Shown: positions 36,992 through 47,010 of the stretch, in pieces
Layout of the letters: every line of letters starts with the position of its first letter
Numbering within the stretch: position 1 is the stretch's first letter
From: Eubacteriales bacterium
Lineage (GTDB): Bacteria > Bacillota > Clostridia > Oscillospirales > CAG-382
NCBI GenBank assembly: GCA_045652625.1
Contig: JAZRUR010000054.1
Span: 1 to 56,816, forward strand
DNA length: 56,816 nt
Direction of reading: 5' to 3'
Made by a program: the position numbers and the translations under genes
The notes under the pieces: generated by a model
What the model saw: only the letters and a program-made list of their open reading frames with translations
Databases searched by the model: none
What the model was told of the DNA's origin: nothing

Positions 36992-38290
36992 TTATTTACG
37001 TACTACATTTATAATTTTATTTCCTGCAAACGGCAAGGCAAGTACAAAGTATGCAATATACGCCGCTTCGGTGCGCAAAGACGAATCATATATCGCTAAC
37101 ATAATACAGCATGCGGCCATTATAGCGGAAATTTGAGAATACATTATATCTTCAACCGTTTTTTCGGTTTTTCGTTTTGTGTGTAATATTGCAGTAATGC
37201 CTACTACAACAAAGAAGCCAAACAAGAAAATCAAACCCACATATCCTGTTTCGAGAAATGCAATCGCGCTTAAAAACCATGAATACCTTATCGAATAATA
37301 CTGCTCATGAAAAGGAGTGTTAAGTATGGCATACGCAGAAGTATCGCAATTTCCCAAGCCCAGCCCGATTGTTTTATCGACGTTGGTTGTTAAGAAACGT
37401 TTTGATATAATCGGAACAGTTGTAAAACGGTTAAGCGCCGCCGAGGAATCATATCCACCCGTCGTTACGCTTTGGATGATTCGTTCCAAGTTGAAAAAAT
37501 TGATATAATGCGGGAACAATTTAAACATCATTTGTATCGAAACCGCCATAGTTATCAGTGCAATAACTATGATAAATAATTTTCGCCATGAAAATTTGGT
37601 TATCAATACACTGCAAATAATTATTGCGACAAATTCTATATAAAAAAACTTCAATTCGGCAATAGAAGCAATCAACAAAGACATTGCGCTCTTACAGACG
37701 AGTGATAAAAGTTTTTCGTTCTTGTTCAAATAAAATATGGCTGTTTTGATTATAACAACAATTAGAAATATATTCAAATAACTGTTGCAACCTCTTTCTG
37801 TACCGAACACGCCTCCCAAAAAATCCTGATACTTATTCAATACAAAATATTGATAAAGGCATACAACACTATTAACCCAAAACAAAACATCAAACAATTT
37901 AAAATATTGTTTAATATCTTCTTTTCGCAAGAAAAATATTACTGCCGCAAAAAAAACGTAAAATCTGAAATTGTTACGAAATCCCCACAAAAAATACAAT
38001 GCCGATTGATACCTGAATAGATATACTACCGCAACAAACAGAAAAAAACATATCGGGCAGAGCAACATCGGCAAATCCAATTTAGAAAATGCCACTTGGC
38101 GTTGACACATATTTGTGATGATGAGTATGCCCAACATCACCCATGCTATGTCGAGGGTATATTTAATTGAATTCGGCAAACCTATCAAATTCAAGAGCAG
38201 ACCAAAACAAAACGGAAGGAAAACGATATACGCTATCAATATTTCCAACTGGTTCATTTTCCGCGCATGAAATTTCAAATTCACACCCAT
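36992..38290 (-). CDS. Wzy-like polysaccharide polymerase
   Basis: Highly hydrophobic; WGFRNNFRFY, AELKF, GLGLGN, ETGYVG; located within the EPS operon. Confidence 0.7.
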   Translation of the reverse strand: MGVNLKFHARKMNQLEILIAYIVFLPFCFGLLLNLIGLPNSIKYTLDIAWVMLGILIITNMCQRQVAFSKLDLPMLLCPICFFLFVAVVYLFRYQSALYFLWGFRNNFRFYVFFAAVIFFLRKEDIKQYFKLFDVLFWVNSVVCLYQYFVLNKYQDFLGGVFGTERGCNSYLNIFLIVVIIKTAIFYLNKNEKLLSLVCKSAMSLLIASIAELKFFYIEFVAIIICSVLITKFSWRKLFIIVIALITMAVSIQMMFKLFPHYINFFNLERIIQSVTTGGYDSSAALNRFTTVPIISKRFLTTNVDKTIGLGLGNCDTSAYAILNTPFHEQYYSIRYSWFLSAIAFLETGYVGLIFLFGFFVVVGITAILHTKRKTEKTVEDIMYSQISAIMAACCIMLAIYDSSLRTEAAYIAYFVLALPFAGNKIINVVRK

Positions 38291-38308
38291 TGTTAATAAA
38301 CCTCATTT

Positions 38309-38506
38309 TTATGCTTTTAAGGGACAAACTCCTATACAACGCAAACAGGATATACATTTTTGCTCGTCAATGATCGGATAGAAAAATCCCATTTCGTCGC
38401 GTTTCATTGTTATTGCGTAATTAGGACATATAGCCTCACACGCGGAACAACCGCAACAATCTTCTTTTTTATTAAACAACTTAACAACCGTTCTTTTTTC
38501 TGTCAT
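38309..38506 (-). CDS. 2[4Fe-4S] ferredoxin
   Basis: CCGCSACEAICP and CISCLRCIGVCP; GFFYP. Confidence 0.88.
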   Translation of the reverse strand: MTEKRTVVKLFNKKEDCCGCSACEAICPNYAITMKRDEMGFFYPIIDEQKCISCLRCIGVCPLKA

Positions 38507-38520
38507 GACGATTCCCGTGA

Positions 38521-39516
38521 TTATTTTAACTTTTCTTTTATTAGTTTTATTGCTTCGGATAAGTGAAGTGTATAAAGAACTCTGACTACTATAGATTTAA
38601 CCCTGCCCGACGGAGTGTTATTGCCGACGTATTTTTGCGCTCCCAAATATCCCTTTTCGGTATATATCTGCCAAAACTCATCGTATCTTGTCGGTTTTTC
38701 AGCAGGACTGTGCATATGCAGTTGATTGACTTGAGAAGGTGAAATCTCTTCATAATTCATGTGCTCACACGCGTTTGCCACCCATGTATAACCTTTGTCG
38801 GTATTGGAGATGATCAGCGAACGAGAAATCTGCTTAACTCCGCCGATTCTTCCCCAATCGTCGGCAATACTTATATCGGCATTTCGTTCGGGCGTGGCAA
38901 ATTTGCATTTGAGACATGACGGTCTTAAAATATAATTGCTAAAATACACCGACGAGAACCAATCGTATTTTGTTGACGCGGCATTGTAGGTTTTTCCGTT
39001 CTCGAAAACGATTTCTATATCTTTAAGTTTGCCGGGGCGTTTTTTTGCGCAGAAACTTCCCTTTATCGCTTTACTCTTATAACGTTTTTCTAAATGCGCT
39101 ATATAGTCTTCAAAAAAGAGGTTACTTCCGACACCGTGGCACAAAACCTCCACCGTCAGAAGATTATCGTTTTTCATGCCCATTTTATCCAGATATGACA
39201 ATAACCCGGATATTTGGCATGGGGTGCCTGAAAATAAGACGTATCTGTTTTCGGAAATATCTTTTGCTACCGCTCTGAACACACCGCTTATTTCCGAAGC
39301 GATATATTTTGAACCGCGCATTTTATCCCTATCGCCCTTATTTACCGCGCGGATGTGATTGGCTTTCAGTTCTTCGTCAAGAACACACCCATACACCGTA
39401 GCAAGTGAAGCATGTTTTGAAAACCAGCAATCGGTAAGCGCAGTAAATGCTCCGCCCGATGCGCTTTTTTTGATTATGTTATTGTCGCTATGGTATGCAG
39501 AGAAAAAACGTTGCAC
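38521..39516 (-). CDS. Coenzyme F420 hydrogenase/dehydrogenase beta-subunit (FrhB)-like protein
   Basis: SASGGAFT, MRGSKY, SGTPCQ, CHGV, RPSC..CKF, ADISIAD.WG; GTG start. Confidence 0.88.
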   Translation of the reverse strand: MQRFFSAYHSDNNIIKKSASGGAFTALTDCWFSKHASLATVYGCVLDEELKANHIRAVNKGDRDKMRGSKYIASEISGVFRAVAKDISENRYVLFSGTPCQISGLLSYLDKMGMKNDNLLTVEVLCHGVGSNLFFEDYIAHLEKRYKSKAIKGSFCAKKRPGKLKDIEIVFENGKTYNAASTKYDWFSSVYFSNYILRPSCLKCKFATPERNADISIADDWGRIGGVKQISRSLIISNTDKGYTWVANACEHMNYEEISPSQVNQLHMHSPAEKPTRYDEFWQIYTEKGYLGAQKYVGNNTPSGRVKSIVVRVLYTLHLSEAIKLIKEKLK

Positions 39517-39541
39517 AACATTGCCCTCAATTCATTTTGTT

Positions 39542-40594
39542 CTACGAAGAGATTTGTTTAAGATATTCGATCGCCGAACGAATATTTGCATCGAGTTCGC
39601 CCTTATTTACAGCGCTATTAACCTGCGTATTGTCAGGTTTGATTATGCAATCTTGATTATCGGTTTCATTTAATAACTCTAACACTCTTTCGTTCGGTTT
39701 GCCGTTTTTAAGCGCTATATCAGCCGCAAGTTTCTTATTAAACAAAATCGAAAAGGCACTTCCGTGAAAAGAGTTGGTAAACACCGCCTGGGCATGATAC
39801 ACCCAAGACAGAAATTCCAAAGGTGAGTTATGGAGTATAAACTCTATACTTTTTTTATTATTAATTATTTTACAGTTGTTTTCCTCGGCATATCTTTTTG
39901 CAGATGCCAAAACATTAACGTCGGGTTGAATGAGATACACCAAGACGTATTTTTTTCGGCAAAGACGTTTTGGAATAAAATCTTGCCATTCCTCGCGCGA
40001 AAGTAACATTACCGGATCGGGATGTACCGAAACGCCGTTTATCGAAAGCGACTGTAATTTTTCTTTGCAGGATTTTTCTCTTACCGATATACCGCAAAAA
40101 TCCGACAGCAAGTTCGTAACGTGAGCGTCATTTTCTTTTGTAAAAATATAGTTGCCGACACTTGCCGCGTAGGAGTATTTTTTTGTAGTACCGTTAACAA
40201 AATCCAAAAAATAAGCCGTGTCGTTATCGGAACATTCAAAATTCCATACCTGATCGCTACCCGTGATGATTGCGTCGTAATTCGAAACACAGTAATCTAT
40301 ATTCTCACGTGTATACGGTTTCGAAAGATTAAGTCTTTCGTTTCTGAACTTATTAAATCCATTCGACTTGATATAATAATACAGTTTTAACGGTATGCTC
40401 TTTAAAAACGAAGCAACACCGTCAGTTTTTTTGGAGTTAGACAACGCTTTGCATCTGTAATCTATTACCTCGGCGTTTGCGTTGCAATGCCTTTCCAAAA
40501 CCGTTTGAAGTGCAAACGTTTGCAAGACTGCACCTAAATTGTCCGCTCTATGAAAAGTGATTATCCCGATTTTCTTTTTACTCATTTTTATCAC
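39542..40594 (-). CDS. Polysaccharide pyruvyl transferase family protein (start may be 40585)
   Basis: IGIITFH..NLGA.LQ, GSDQVWN, SYAAS, ISVRE, DP..LL, TNSFHG. Confidence 0.92.
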   Translation of the reverse strand: MIKMSKKKIGIITFHRADNLGAVLQTFALQTVLERHCNANAEVIDYRCKALSNSKKTDGVASFLKSIPLKLYYYIKSNGFNKFRNERLNLSKPYTRENIDYCVSNYDAIITGSDQVWNFECSDNDTAYFLDFVNGTTKKYSYAASVGNYIFTKENDAHVTNLLSDFCGISVREKSCKEKLQSLSINGVSVHPDPVMLLSREEWQDFIPKRLCRKKYVLVYLIQPDVNVLASAKRYAEENNCKIINNKKSIEFILHNSPLEFLSWVYHAQAVFTNSFHGSAFSILFNKKLAADIALKNGKPNERVLELLNETDNQDCIIKPDNTQVNSAVNKGELDANIRSAIEYLKQISS

Positions 40595-40603
40595 CGAAAA
40601 AAT

Positions 40604-41635
40604 CTATATCTTCGACGTCAACAATAAAATGCATACATCCAGCATTTTGTTGCGCATTGTCCAATACAATACTCTGCGGGAAAGACTGACTTTATCATTT
40701 TTATTGCATTGCAAAACCGTTTGAAGAACGTCATCGCAAACGATGCGTTTTATTGCACGTCTTTTTTCTTTGTATGAACGTTTTAGTTGCGCTTCCTGTT
40801 TCAATGCGGATATGGTATATGCAAGATAGGGTTTTGAAACACGGTGCTCGATTGTATGTTCGTATCCCAACCAACGGCATAATTTTACACATTCGGTATA
40901 AAAGAAACGTATTTTTTCATATCTGTCTGCACGGTATACATTGCTGAACGAAGCGTAGTTTTTACGATAATTATACAGTGCTTCAGGCAATACCGAAACC
41001 TTATTTACGTGTTTGAACAGGGATAACAAGGAATAAACGTCTTCGGATATGATTTCACGCTCGGATACGTATTTCCAATCTGCTTTTTTTATAAGTTCTG
41101 TTGAATACATCAATAAACACGAACTCATATAAAAGAGTCTGCTTCCGTCGCCGTTCGGGTCGGGTGCAAGAAATTCGGGAAAGAAGTCGTTTAGTACTTC
41201 CTCACCGCAATAATCTCTACGACCGACCTTTGGAGGAAACGATGCGATAAGTTTGCGTTCGCTGTCGACCGAGTTAAGTCCGAACACAACAATATCGCTT
41301 TTTTCTGCCGAAGCGATCGCGTATAATTTTTCGATTGCTGACAGGTCTATATAATCATCGCTGTCGAAAAAGCAAACATATTCGCCGTTTGCCATTTGTA
41401 ACCCGACGTTTCTTGCGATTCCCTGACCTTCATTTTCTTTGTGTACAACACGTATTCGCAAATCGCGTTTCGCCCAGTTGTCACAAATAATAGGACAGGA
41501 ATCGGTCGAACCGTCGTCAATTAAAATTATTTCCAAATCACGGTATGTTTGTCCTGTTATACTCTCAATACATTCGTCAAGATATTTATCAACGTTATAT
41601 ATCGGCAAAACTACCGTAACCAGACCAGTCTGCAT
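40604..41635 (-). CDS. Glycosyltransferase family 2
   Basis: VVLPIYNV, IDDGSTD, NEG...ARN.G, FFDSDD, SED; ATG at 41635 follows GAGG. Confidence 0.93.
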   Translation of the reverse strand: MQTGLVTVVLPIYNVDKYLDECIESITGQTYRDLEIILIDDGSTDSCPIICDNWAKRDLRIRVVHKENEGQGIARNVGLQMANGEYVCFFDSDDYIDLSAIEKLYAIASAEKSDIVVFGLNSVDSERKLIASFPPKVGRRDYCGEEVLNDFFPEFLAPDPNGDGSRLFYMSSCLLMYSTELIKKADWKYVSEREIISEDVYSLLSLFKHVNKVSVLPEALYNYRKNYASFSNVYRADRYEKIRFFYTECVKLCRWLGYEHTIEHRVSKPYLAYTISALKQEAQLKRSYKEKRRAIKRIVCDDVLQTVLQCNKNDKVSLSRRVLYWTMRNKMLDVCILLLTSKI

Positions 41636-41651
41636 GTCTTTTTCCTCGTTT

Positions 41652-42710
41652 TTATACGGTTTCAAATAATTTAATATGAGTTTCGACAGCCTTTTCTATG
41701 CTGTAATGCGACGACTTGTTTATAAGGTAATCACCATATTGTTCCTTGGATTCGGAAGACAACAACGCCACTAATTTTTCGTAAATATCGTCAACAGAAT
41801 CAGGCTCTGCGAGATACATGGGATAATCCTCCGACAGAAACTCAACCGCCGCACCGCTTCCGCGAGTAGAAACTATCGGCATTCCGAACGATGCTGCTTC
41901 GTTTACAACAAGCCCCCAACATTCTTTTCGTGAGGGCAACAACAATGCGCCGCAGGTACTGTATTCGGCCTCCAACTCGTCTTTACTCAAAAATGGGACG
42001 AGCTCGACGTTGGGTAAACTATTTGCACATTGTTCTTTGATAAACAGTTCGGTTCTGTTCCCCATGCCAACAAATTTATACTTTATATCGCTATTCTTTT
42101 TTGCCACAGACAGAGCCAAATCCATACCTTTATACGAAAAATACTGGCCTACGACCAAGACCGTATCATTTCGTTTTTGCCGTTTTTCTGCGTGTGATTC
42201 CAGTTCGGCTTCGCTCAACGACGAAAAATAGTAGGTTAACACAGGCGCATTTTTTGATACGCGCTTTATTGTTTTCGATGAATTTTCGCCCGCCGAAAGA
42301 TAACCTTTTGCACCCGAAAGAAAGAAACGTTTGATTTTTGCTTTCAAGCCGTCGCCTTCTACGTATACCTCACCGTCTGTATTGATGATAAAAGGTATTC
42401 CGAACAAGCGCATTAACAATACCGCAAACATTTGACACGGGCTGTTATAGCACCCCACGACAACGCAATCGTACTTGCTGAATATATGTTTTATTATCCC
42501 GAGCGAGAAGGCGTTTTCGTTTCCGAACTTTATTCCGCGAAGATATTTTGTACGGTATATGCCCTTTTCGCATGAAGTCCAATCTGAATTGCGATTATCC
42601 GAAGTTCTGCGTTCATACAACACGGTCAGGTCGCATTGCTTTGCTATACCGTTTAATATGCGCACCCGGTAGGGGACTTCGATATTGCTTAGATACAAAA
42701 TTTTTTTCAT
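41652..42710 (-). CDS. Glycosyltransferase family 4
   Basis: PYR, VGQ...KG, LPSRKECWGLVVNEAASFGMP. Confidence 0.9.
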   Translation of the reverse strand: MKKILYLSNIEVPYRVRILNGIAKQCDLTVLYERRTSDNRNSDWTSCEKGIYRTKYLRGIKFGNENAFSLGIIKHIFSKYDCVVVGCYNSPCQMFAVLLMRLFGIPFIINTDGEVYVEGDGLKAKIKRFFLSGAKGYLSAGENSSKTIKRVSKNAPVLTYYFSSLSEAELESHAEKRQKRNDTVLVVGQYFSYKGMDLALSVAKKNSDIKYKFVGMGNRTELFIKEQCANSLPNVELVPFLSKDELEAEYSTCGALLLPSRKECWGLVVNEAASFGMPIVSTRGSGAAVEFLSEDYPMYLAEPDSVDDIYEKLVALLSSESKEQYGDYLINKSSHYSIEKAVETHIKLFETV

Positions 42711-42724
42711 GTCAAATCAAACAC

Positions 42725-43807
42725 TTACTCTTTATTGCAAGGAAATTCGCAAGTAGAACATTTATCCAACTGTTCCTTTGTCACCTTGCCGTCGCGATAA
42801 TCGCGCACTATCTTATTTTCATACATCGAATACTTTTTCTTTTTAAAGAAAAACAGAAATTTATGCTTTAATACCCATAACAAGGGTTTATGAATATATT
42901 TATGCATTGCGGGCGATGCCGAACCGATCATCCAGCAATCTCTATCACAGCAACGAACCTTTTTGCGTACTTCATCCGCCTGTTGGCTATTCCACAACTC
43001 ATCCCACGATTGAGTATTCAAATTACCCATAACCTCTTTTTCCCTCGTTCCGTTACAGGGCATAACGTCGCCGTAAGGGTCGATAAAGAAGGTATCGAAA
43101 CTCATGTCGCAGGGCAATAAGCGTTTTTGACCGAAAATATAATTGATCAAGCCGTGATTGAAATATGCTCTGAACCATTTTTTAGGACTGTTGGATTCAA
43201 GCAAACGGTTTATCAAATTTTCGAAATTTTGAGCAACCATAAGCCTATCATGAATTATATTTGTCGTTTCCACAAAATAAAAACTGTTATGAAGCGAGGC
43301 GGTGGCAAATTCCATTCCGAGTTCATTTGAAATTTCATAAAGCGGAACAAGGTCAGGCGCATTTTTATCCTGCACCGTCATACCGAATCCGACGTCTTTC
43401 ATTCCCATTTCCACAAGCGTTTTAAGTGTTGTATAGCCTCGGTTATAACCGTCGTCCAACCCTCTTATTTCGTTATTTGTATTTTCAAGTCCCTCGATAG
43501 ATATACGAATTCCTATATTCGGAAACTCTTTGCACAAATCTACGATCCTATCGGTAAAGAACCCGTTGGTCGAGATAACGATACGATCGCTTTTCTTATA
43601 TAATTCACGTACGATATCCTTTAGATCCTCGCGAATAAAGGGTTCTCCTCCTGTTATATTCGTAAAGGACATAAGAGGCAGTTTTTTTATTGTTTCTATC
43701 GAAATTTCTTCTTCGGGTTTTGAAGGCACTTTATAACGGTTGCACATCGTGCATTTTGCATTGCAACGATATGTAACGATAACGGTTCCGTTTAATTTTT
43801 GGGACAT
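42725..43807 (-). CDS. Radical SAM/SPASM protein
   Basis: CNAKCTMC, ITGGEP, STNG; SPASM-type PC...GDVMPC...C.RDC; ATG at 43807 after AAGGAG. Confidence 0.9.
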   Translation of the reverse strand: MSQKLNGTVIVTYRCNAKCTMCNRYKVPSKPEEEISIETIKKLPLMSFTNITGGEPFIREDLKDIVRELYKKSDRIVISTNGFFTDRIVDLCKEFPNIGIRISIEGLENTNNEIRGLDDGYNRGYTTLKTLVEMGMKDVGFGMTVQDKNAPDLVPLYEISNELGMEFATASLHNSFYFVETTNIIHDRLMVAQNFENLINRLLESNSPKKWFRAYFNHGLINYIFGQKRLLPCDMSFDTFFIDPYGDVMPCNGTREKEVMGNLNTQSWDELWNSQQADEVRKKVRCCDRDCWMIGSASPAMHKYIHKPLLWVLKHKFLFFFKKKKYSMYENKIVRDYRDGKVTKEQLDKCSTCEFPCNKE

Positions 43808-43981
43808 ATTGTACTCCTTAATTAATTTTCGTTTTGTTGAAGAAAAACGTCTGTGTACATATTGGAAACGGTGACCCAATAAAATTTATCACAAATCGTT
43901 TGAAAATCAAATCGCAACTCATTATTGTTATTAAAAACGCCGTTCTCAAGAGAAACGAATTCGTCCTTGATATTGGCATTT

Positions 43982-45187
43982 TTACCATTTTGATTCGTAT
44001 ATCTTCATCATCTTTTCGTAATAAGTTACGGGAGTTTCAAAAGTTGCATTACGGCAATTATCACTGTATTCCTTGACGAGATTAGGTGTTTCGAGCAAAT
44101 ACCGCAATTTCTTTTCTAAATCGTCTACGTTACCCGGTTCAAAAAGCAAACCCGTCTTTCCCTCATCAATCAACATTGGTATTCCGCCTATATTCGCACC
44201 GACAACGGGCGTCAACAACATCTGCGACTCCATTACCGAATACGGACAGTTTTCATACATTTCCGACGGGCAGACGCTTAAAGACGCTCTTTTAATAAGA
44301 TTCTTAAGGTCTTCACCCGTTTGGAAACCCATATATTCCGCATTGGGAAGTTTCAATATATTATCTACCGATTCGCCATACCCTGCAAACACAAACCTAA
44401 CATTAGGCATACGTCTTGCCACTTCGAGCAGAGTGTCTGTGCCCTTATCTTTCGAGAGGCGTCCAAACTCAAGAACATAATTCTCTTTATCGCTATTATC
44501 AACATTAGGTTCGGATTCTATAAAATTATGAATCGCTATTGTTCTAGACGAAAAGCGAGTTTGAGTGTCAAGTTTAGATTTGAGAAATTCAGACGGGCAA
44601 ACAATAGCGTCGATAAATCCATACGCCTTGCTGAATTTCCAAACGTAAGCATCTAGCGCTCCTAAAACACTTTTTGCACGTGAATTTTTAACACATTTAG
44701 TCCTTACGCAGTGGGTATAATTACCGCCTAAACATTTTTCACAAACGTTCAAATCATTATCAAAAAGGCCATGACTAGGACAAACAAGTTGATAATCATG
44801 AGCGGTATATACGATTTTGAGATTCTTTTTTGTCTTTTTGCGGTATTTATCTATTTCAAGTATGATACTTGGCGTTAAGTGGAACTGAATATTATTCAAA
44901 TGAACGACATCGGGAGCAAAATCATCGAGCACTTTGCGAATTTTTCTACGTGCTTCTGACGAATAGATGATCCTAAAGGGCGCGAACAGATTTTTCAAAA
45001 CGCCTTTACTGAAGTCCATATCGGATACGTTTGCACCGACATTATTTCCCACGATATTCTTCTCATTCTCAAGTCCGAAATACTGGACCTCGTGGCCATT
45101 ATCCGTCAAAATATTGCCCAACTTAAAAATATAAGTTTCAGACCCACCTTTGGGGTAAAGAAACTTATTTACCAACAGGATCTTCAT
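43982..45187 (-). CDS. Glycosyltransferase family 4
   Basis: KGGSE, HLNN, TAHDY..CP, GRLSKDKG, PSEMYENCPYSVME, IGGI. Confidence 0.92.
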   Translation of the reverse strand: MKILLVNKFLYPKGGSETYIFKLGNILTDNGHEVQYFGLENEKNIVGNNVGANVSDMDFSKGVLKNLFAPFRIIYSSEARRKIRKVLDDFAPDVVHLNNIQFHLTPSIILEIDKYRKKTKKNLKIVYTAHDYQLVCPSHGLFDNDLNVCEKCLGGNYTHCVRTKCVKNSRAKSVLGALDAYVWKFSKAYGFIDAIVCPSEFLKSKLDTQTRFSSRTIAIHNFIESEPNVDNSDKENYVLEFGRLSKDKGTDTLLEVARRMPNVRFVFAGYGESVDNILKLPNAEYMGFQTGEDLKNLIKRASLSVCPSEMYENCPYSVMESQMLLTPVVGANIGGIPMLIDEGKTGLLFEPGNVDDLEKKLRYLLETPNLVKEYSDNCRNATFETPVTYYEKMMKIYESKW

Positions 45188-46337
45188 TTGATTCTTCGTT
45201 CACTCCGTATAATTCAAGTGTTTTGTGAACAACATCGTCCCAATTATATTTCGTACAAACAAAATCTGCGGATTTTGCTTTATATTCATAAACTTTATCC
45301 GGATTATCGAACAAATATTGCAGTTTGTCTTTCAAATCCGAAACATCGCCTTTTTTGAAAGAAACGCCTTTATCTTCGGTAACTTCTACAGATTCGGCGA
45401 TATCCGACGTTAAACAACAGTTGCCGTAACTCATTGCCTCGAGCAAACTCATCGACATACCCTCGAGATCCGACGGGAGAACATAAACATAGGAATTACT
45501 GTAAAGTTCCGCCAAAAGTTCGCCCTCGACAAAACCTGTAAACAGTATCCGATCATCATTTTTTGCAAATGAGCGAATCTCGTTTTCATAGTCCTCTGTA
45601 TCGGATGATCCGCCTGCGATAACGAGTTTCTTATCCGTTTTTAACTGTTTAAATGCATCTATAAGATACGTTATACCTTTTTCGGGCACAAGACGGCCAA
45701 GATAAAGAATATATGAATCCTTAGTAAGTCCAAAGCGTTGTGTGATTTGTTCCGCCTCTACCGAAAGTGCCTTTTCTATACCGTTGGGAATATAAACGGT
45801 TTCACGGTTATATTCTCTTTTAAAGTACTCCTGCACACTACGGCTTAATACGATTATTTCATCTGCCAATCTGACGGCACATTTTTCGCCCAAACGAATA
45901 TACCAAAGTGCAAACTTTCCCCATTTCGAGCGTTGATGATCCAAGCCGTGCACCGTTGCTATGCATCTTTTGCCGAAAAGTTTAGGCAGCCACATCATGG
46001 CACAAGGTCCCTCTGCATGAAAATGAACCGCATCGTATTTGCCGAACGCAGAACGTACTGCGGCAGAAACAGATGCAGTCACTGCAGAAATACCACGTTT
46101 ATCAACCGCGAAAACAGATTTTAAACGAACGCCCTTATATTCGTCAAGTTGCTCTGCATCAAATTCAGAACCGCTTACGTGGTGTCCTTGCCTATTATAG
46201 CAGGTAACACTATGTCCAATATTAGCCATACGAACCGCCAATTCGGTGACAACGATTTCAATACCGCCCTCACGCGAAGGGATTCGCTTATGACCAAGCA
46301 TAGCAATGCGCAAGTGTTTTTTATCAGAACGAGCCAT
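45165..46337 (-). CDS. Glycosyltransferase family 4
   Basis: GGIE, TVHGLD, GRLVPEKG, PSDLEGMSMSLLEAMSYG. Confidence 0.93.
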   Translation of the reverse strand: MARSDKKHLRIAMLGHKRIPSREGGIEIVVTELAVRMANIGHSVTCYNRQGHHVSGSEFDAEQLDEYKGVRLKSVFAVDKRGISAVTASVSAAVRSAFGKYDAVHFHAEGPCAMMWLPKLFGKRCIATVHGLDHQRSKWGKFALWYIRLGEKCAVRLADEIIVLSRSVQEYFKREYNRETVYIPNGIEKALSVEAEQITQRFGLTKDSYILYLGRLVPEKGITYLIDAFKQLKTDKKLVIAGGSSDTEDYENEIRSFAKNDDRILFTGFVEGELLAELYSNSYVYVLPSDLEGMSMSLLEAMSYGNCCLTSDIAESVEVTEDKGVSFKKGDVSDLKDKLQYLFDNPDKVYEYKAKSADFVCTKYNWDDVVHKTLELYGVNEESNEDPVGK

Positions 46338-46967
46338 TTAAACTCCCTCCATTCCAAAAACCGCACCGACAGTTTTAAACAAAATATAGATATCTGTTTT
46401 CAAACTACGCTCATTGATATACTTGATATCCAATTCAAGCCATTGGTCAAATGGCAACGTATTCCTTTGAGGTTGCACCTGCCAATAGCAGGTGATTCCG
46501 GGAGTGATCGAAAGACGCACTAATTGTTTTTGGTCATATTTCTCCACTTCCCTGGGCAAAGGGGGACGAGGACCGACCAAACTCATATCGCCCTTAATGA
46601 CATTTAAAAGTTGCGGAATTTCATCTATACCTGCCTTACGAATAAAACTGCCGAATCTTGTAATTCGGGGGTCTTTCTTCATTTTAAATGCGGGTCCGTC
46701 CATCTCATTTTCATTAAGAAGCATACCCAACATATTTTCGGCATCGGGCACCATAGAACGGAACTTATAGAAATTAAATTCCTTCCCATTTTTCCCTACA
46801 CGCTTTTGAACATATATAGGCGACGCTCCGGGACTGTCGATTACAATAATTATTGCGATGATCAACATCGGAATCAACAATATTACAAGTCCTATAAACG
46901 AACACGCAATATCGAATAAGCGTTTGATGATTTCATAATATTTGATTTTTGAATTATGAGTATCGAT
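46338..46967 (-). CDS. Priming sugar-phosphate transferase (Bac_transf); probable ATC start
   Basis: KFRSM, DPRITRFG.FIRK..IDE.PQ..NV..GDMSLVGPRP, PGITC.WQV. The frame extends 29 codons upstream of 46880 through KRLFD to an ATC 8 nt after GGAGG. Confidence 0.9.
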   Translation of the reverse strand: MDTHNSKIKYYEIIKRLFDIACSFIGLVILLIPMLIIAIIIVIDSPGASPIYVQKRVGKNGKEFNFYKFRSMVPDAENMLGMLLNENEMDGPAFKMKKDPRITRFGSFIRKAGIDEIPQLLNVIKGDMSLVGPRPPLPREVEKYDQKQLVRLSITPGITCYWQVQPQRNTLPFDQWLELDIKYINERSLKTDIYILFKTVGAVFGMEGV

Positions 46968-47010
46968 AAAAAACGCCTCCGTTTCTTTACTTCCTTAAAA
47001 CATTTTAGAC

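Noticed and set aside
38521-39516. Methanogen-type F420 hydrogenase
   Set aside because: No other hydrogenase subunits or F420 genes; belongs to the polysaccharide-locus FrhB-like subfamily.
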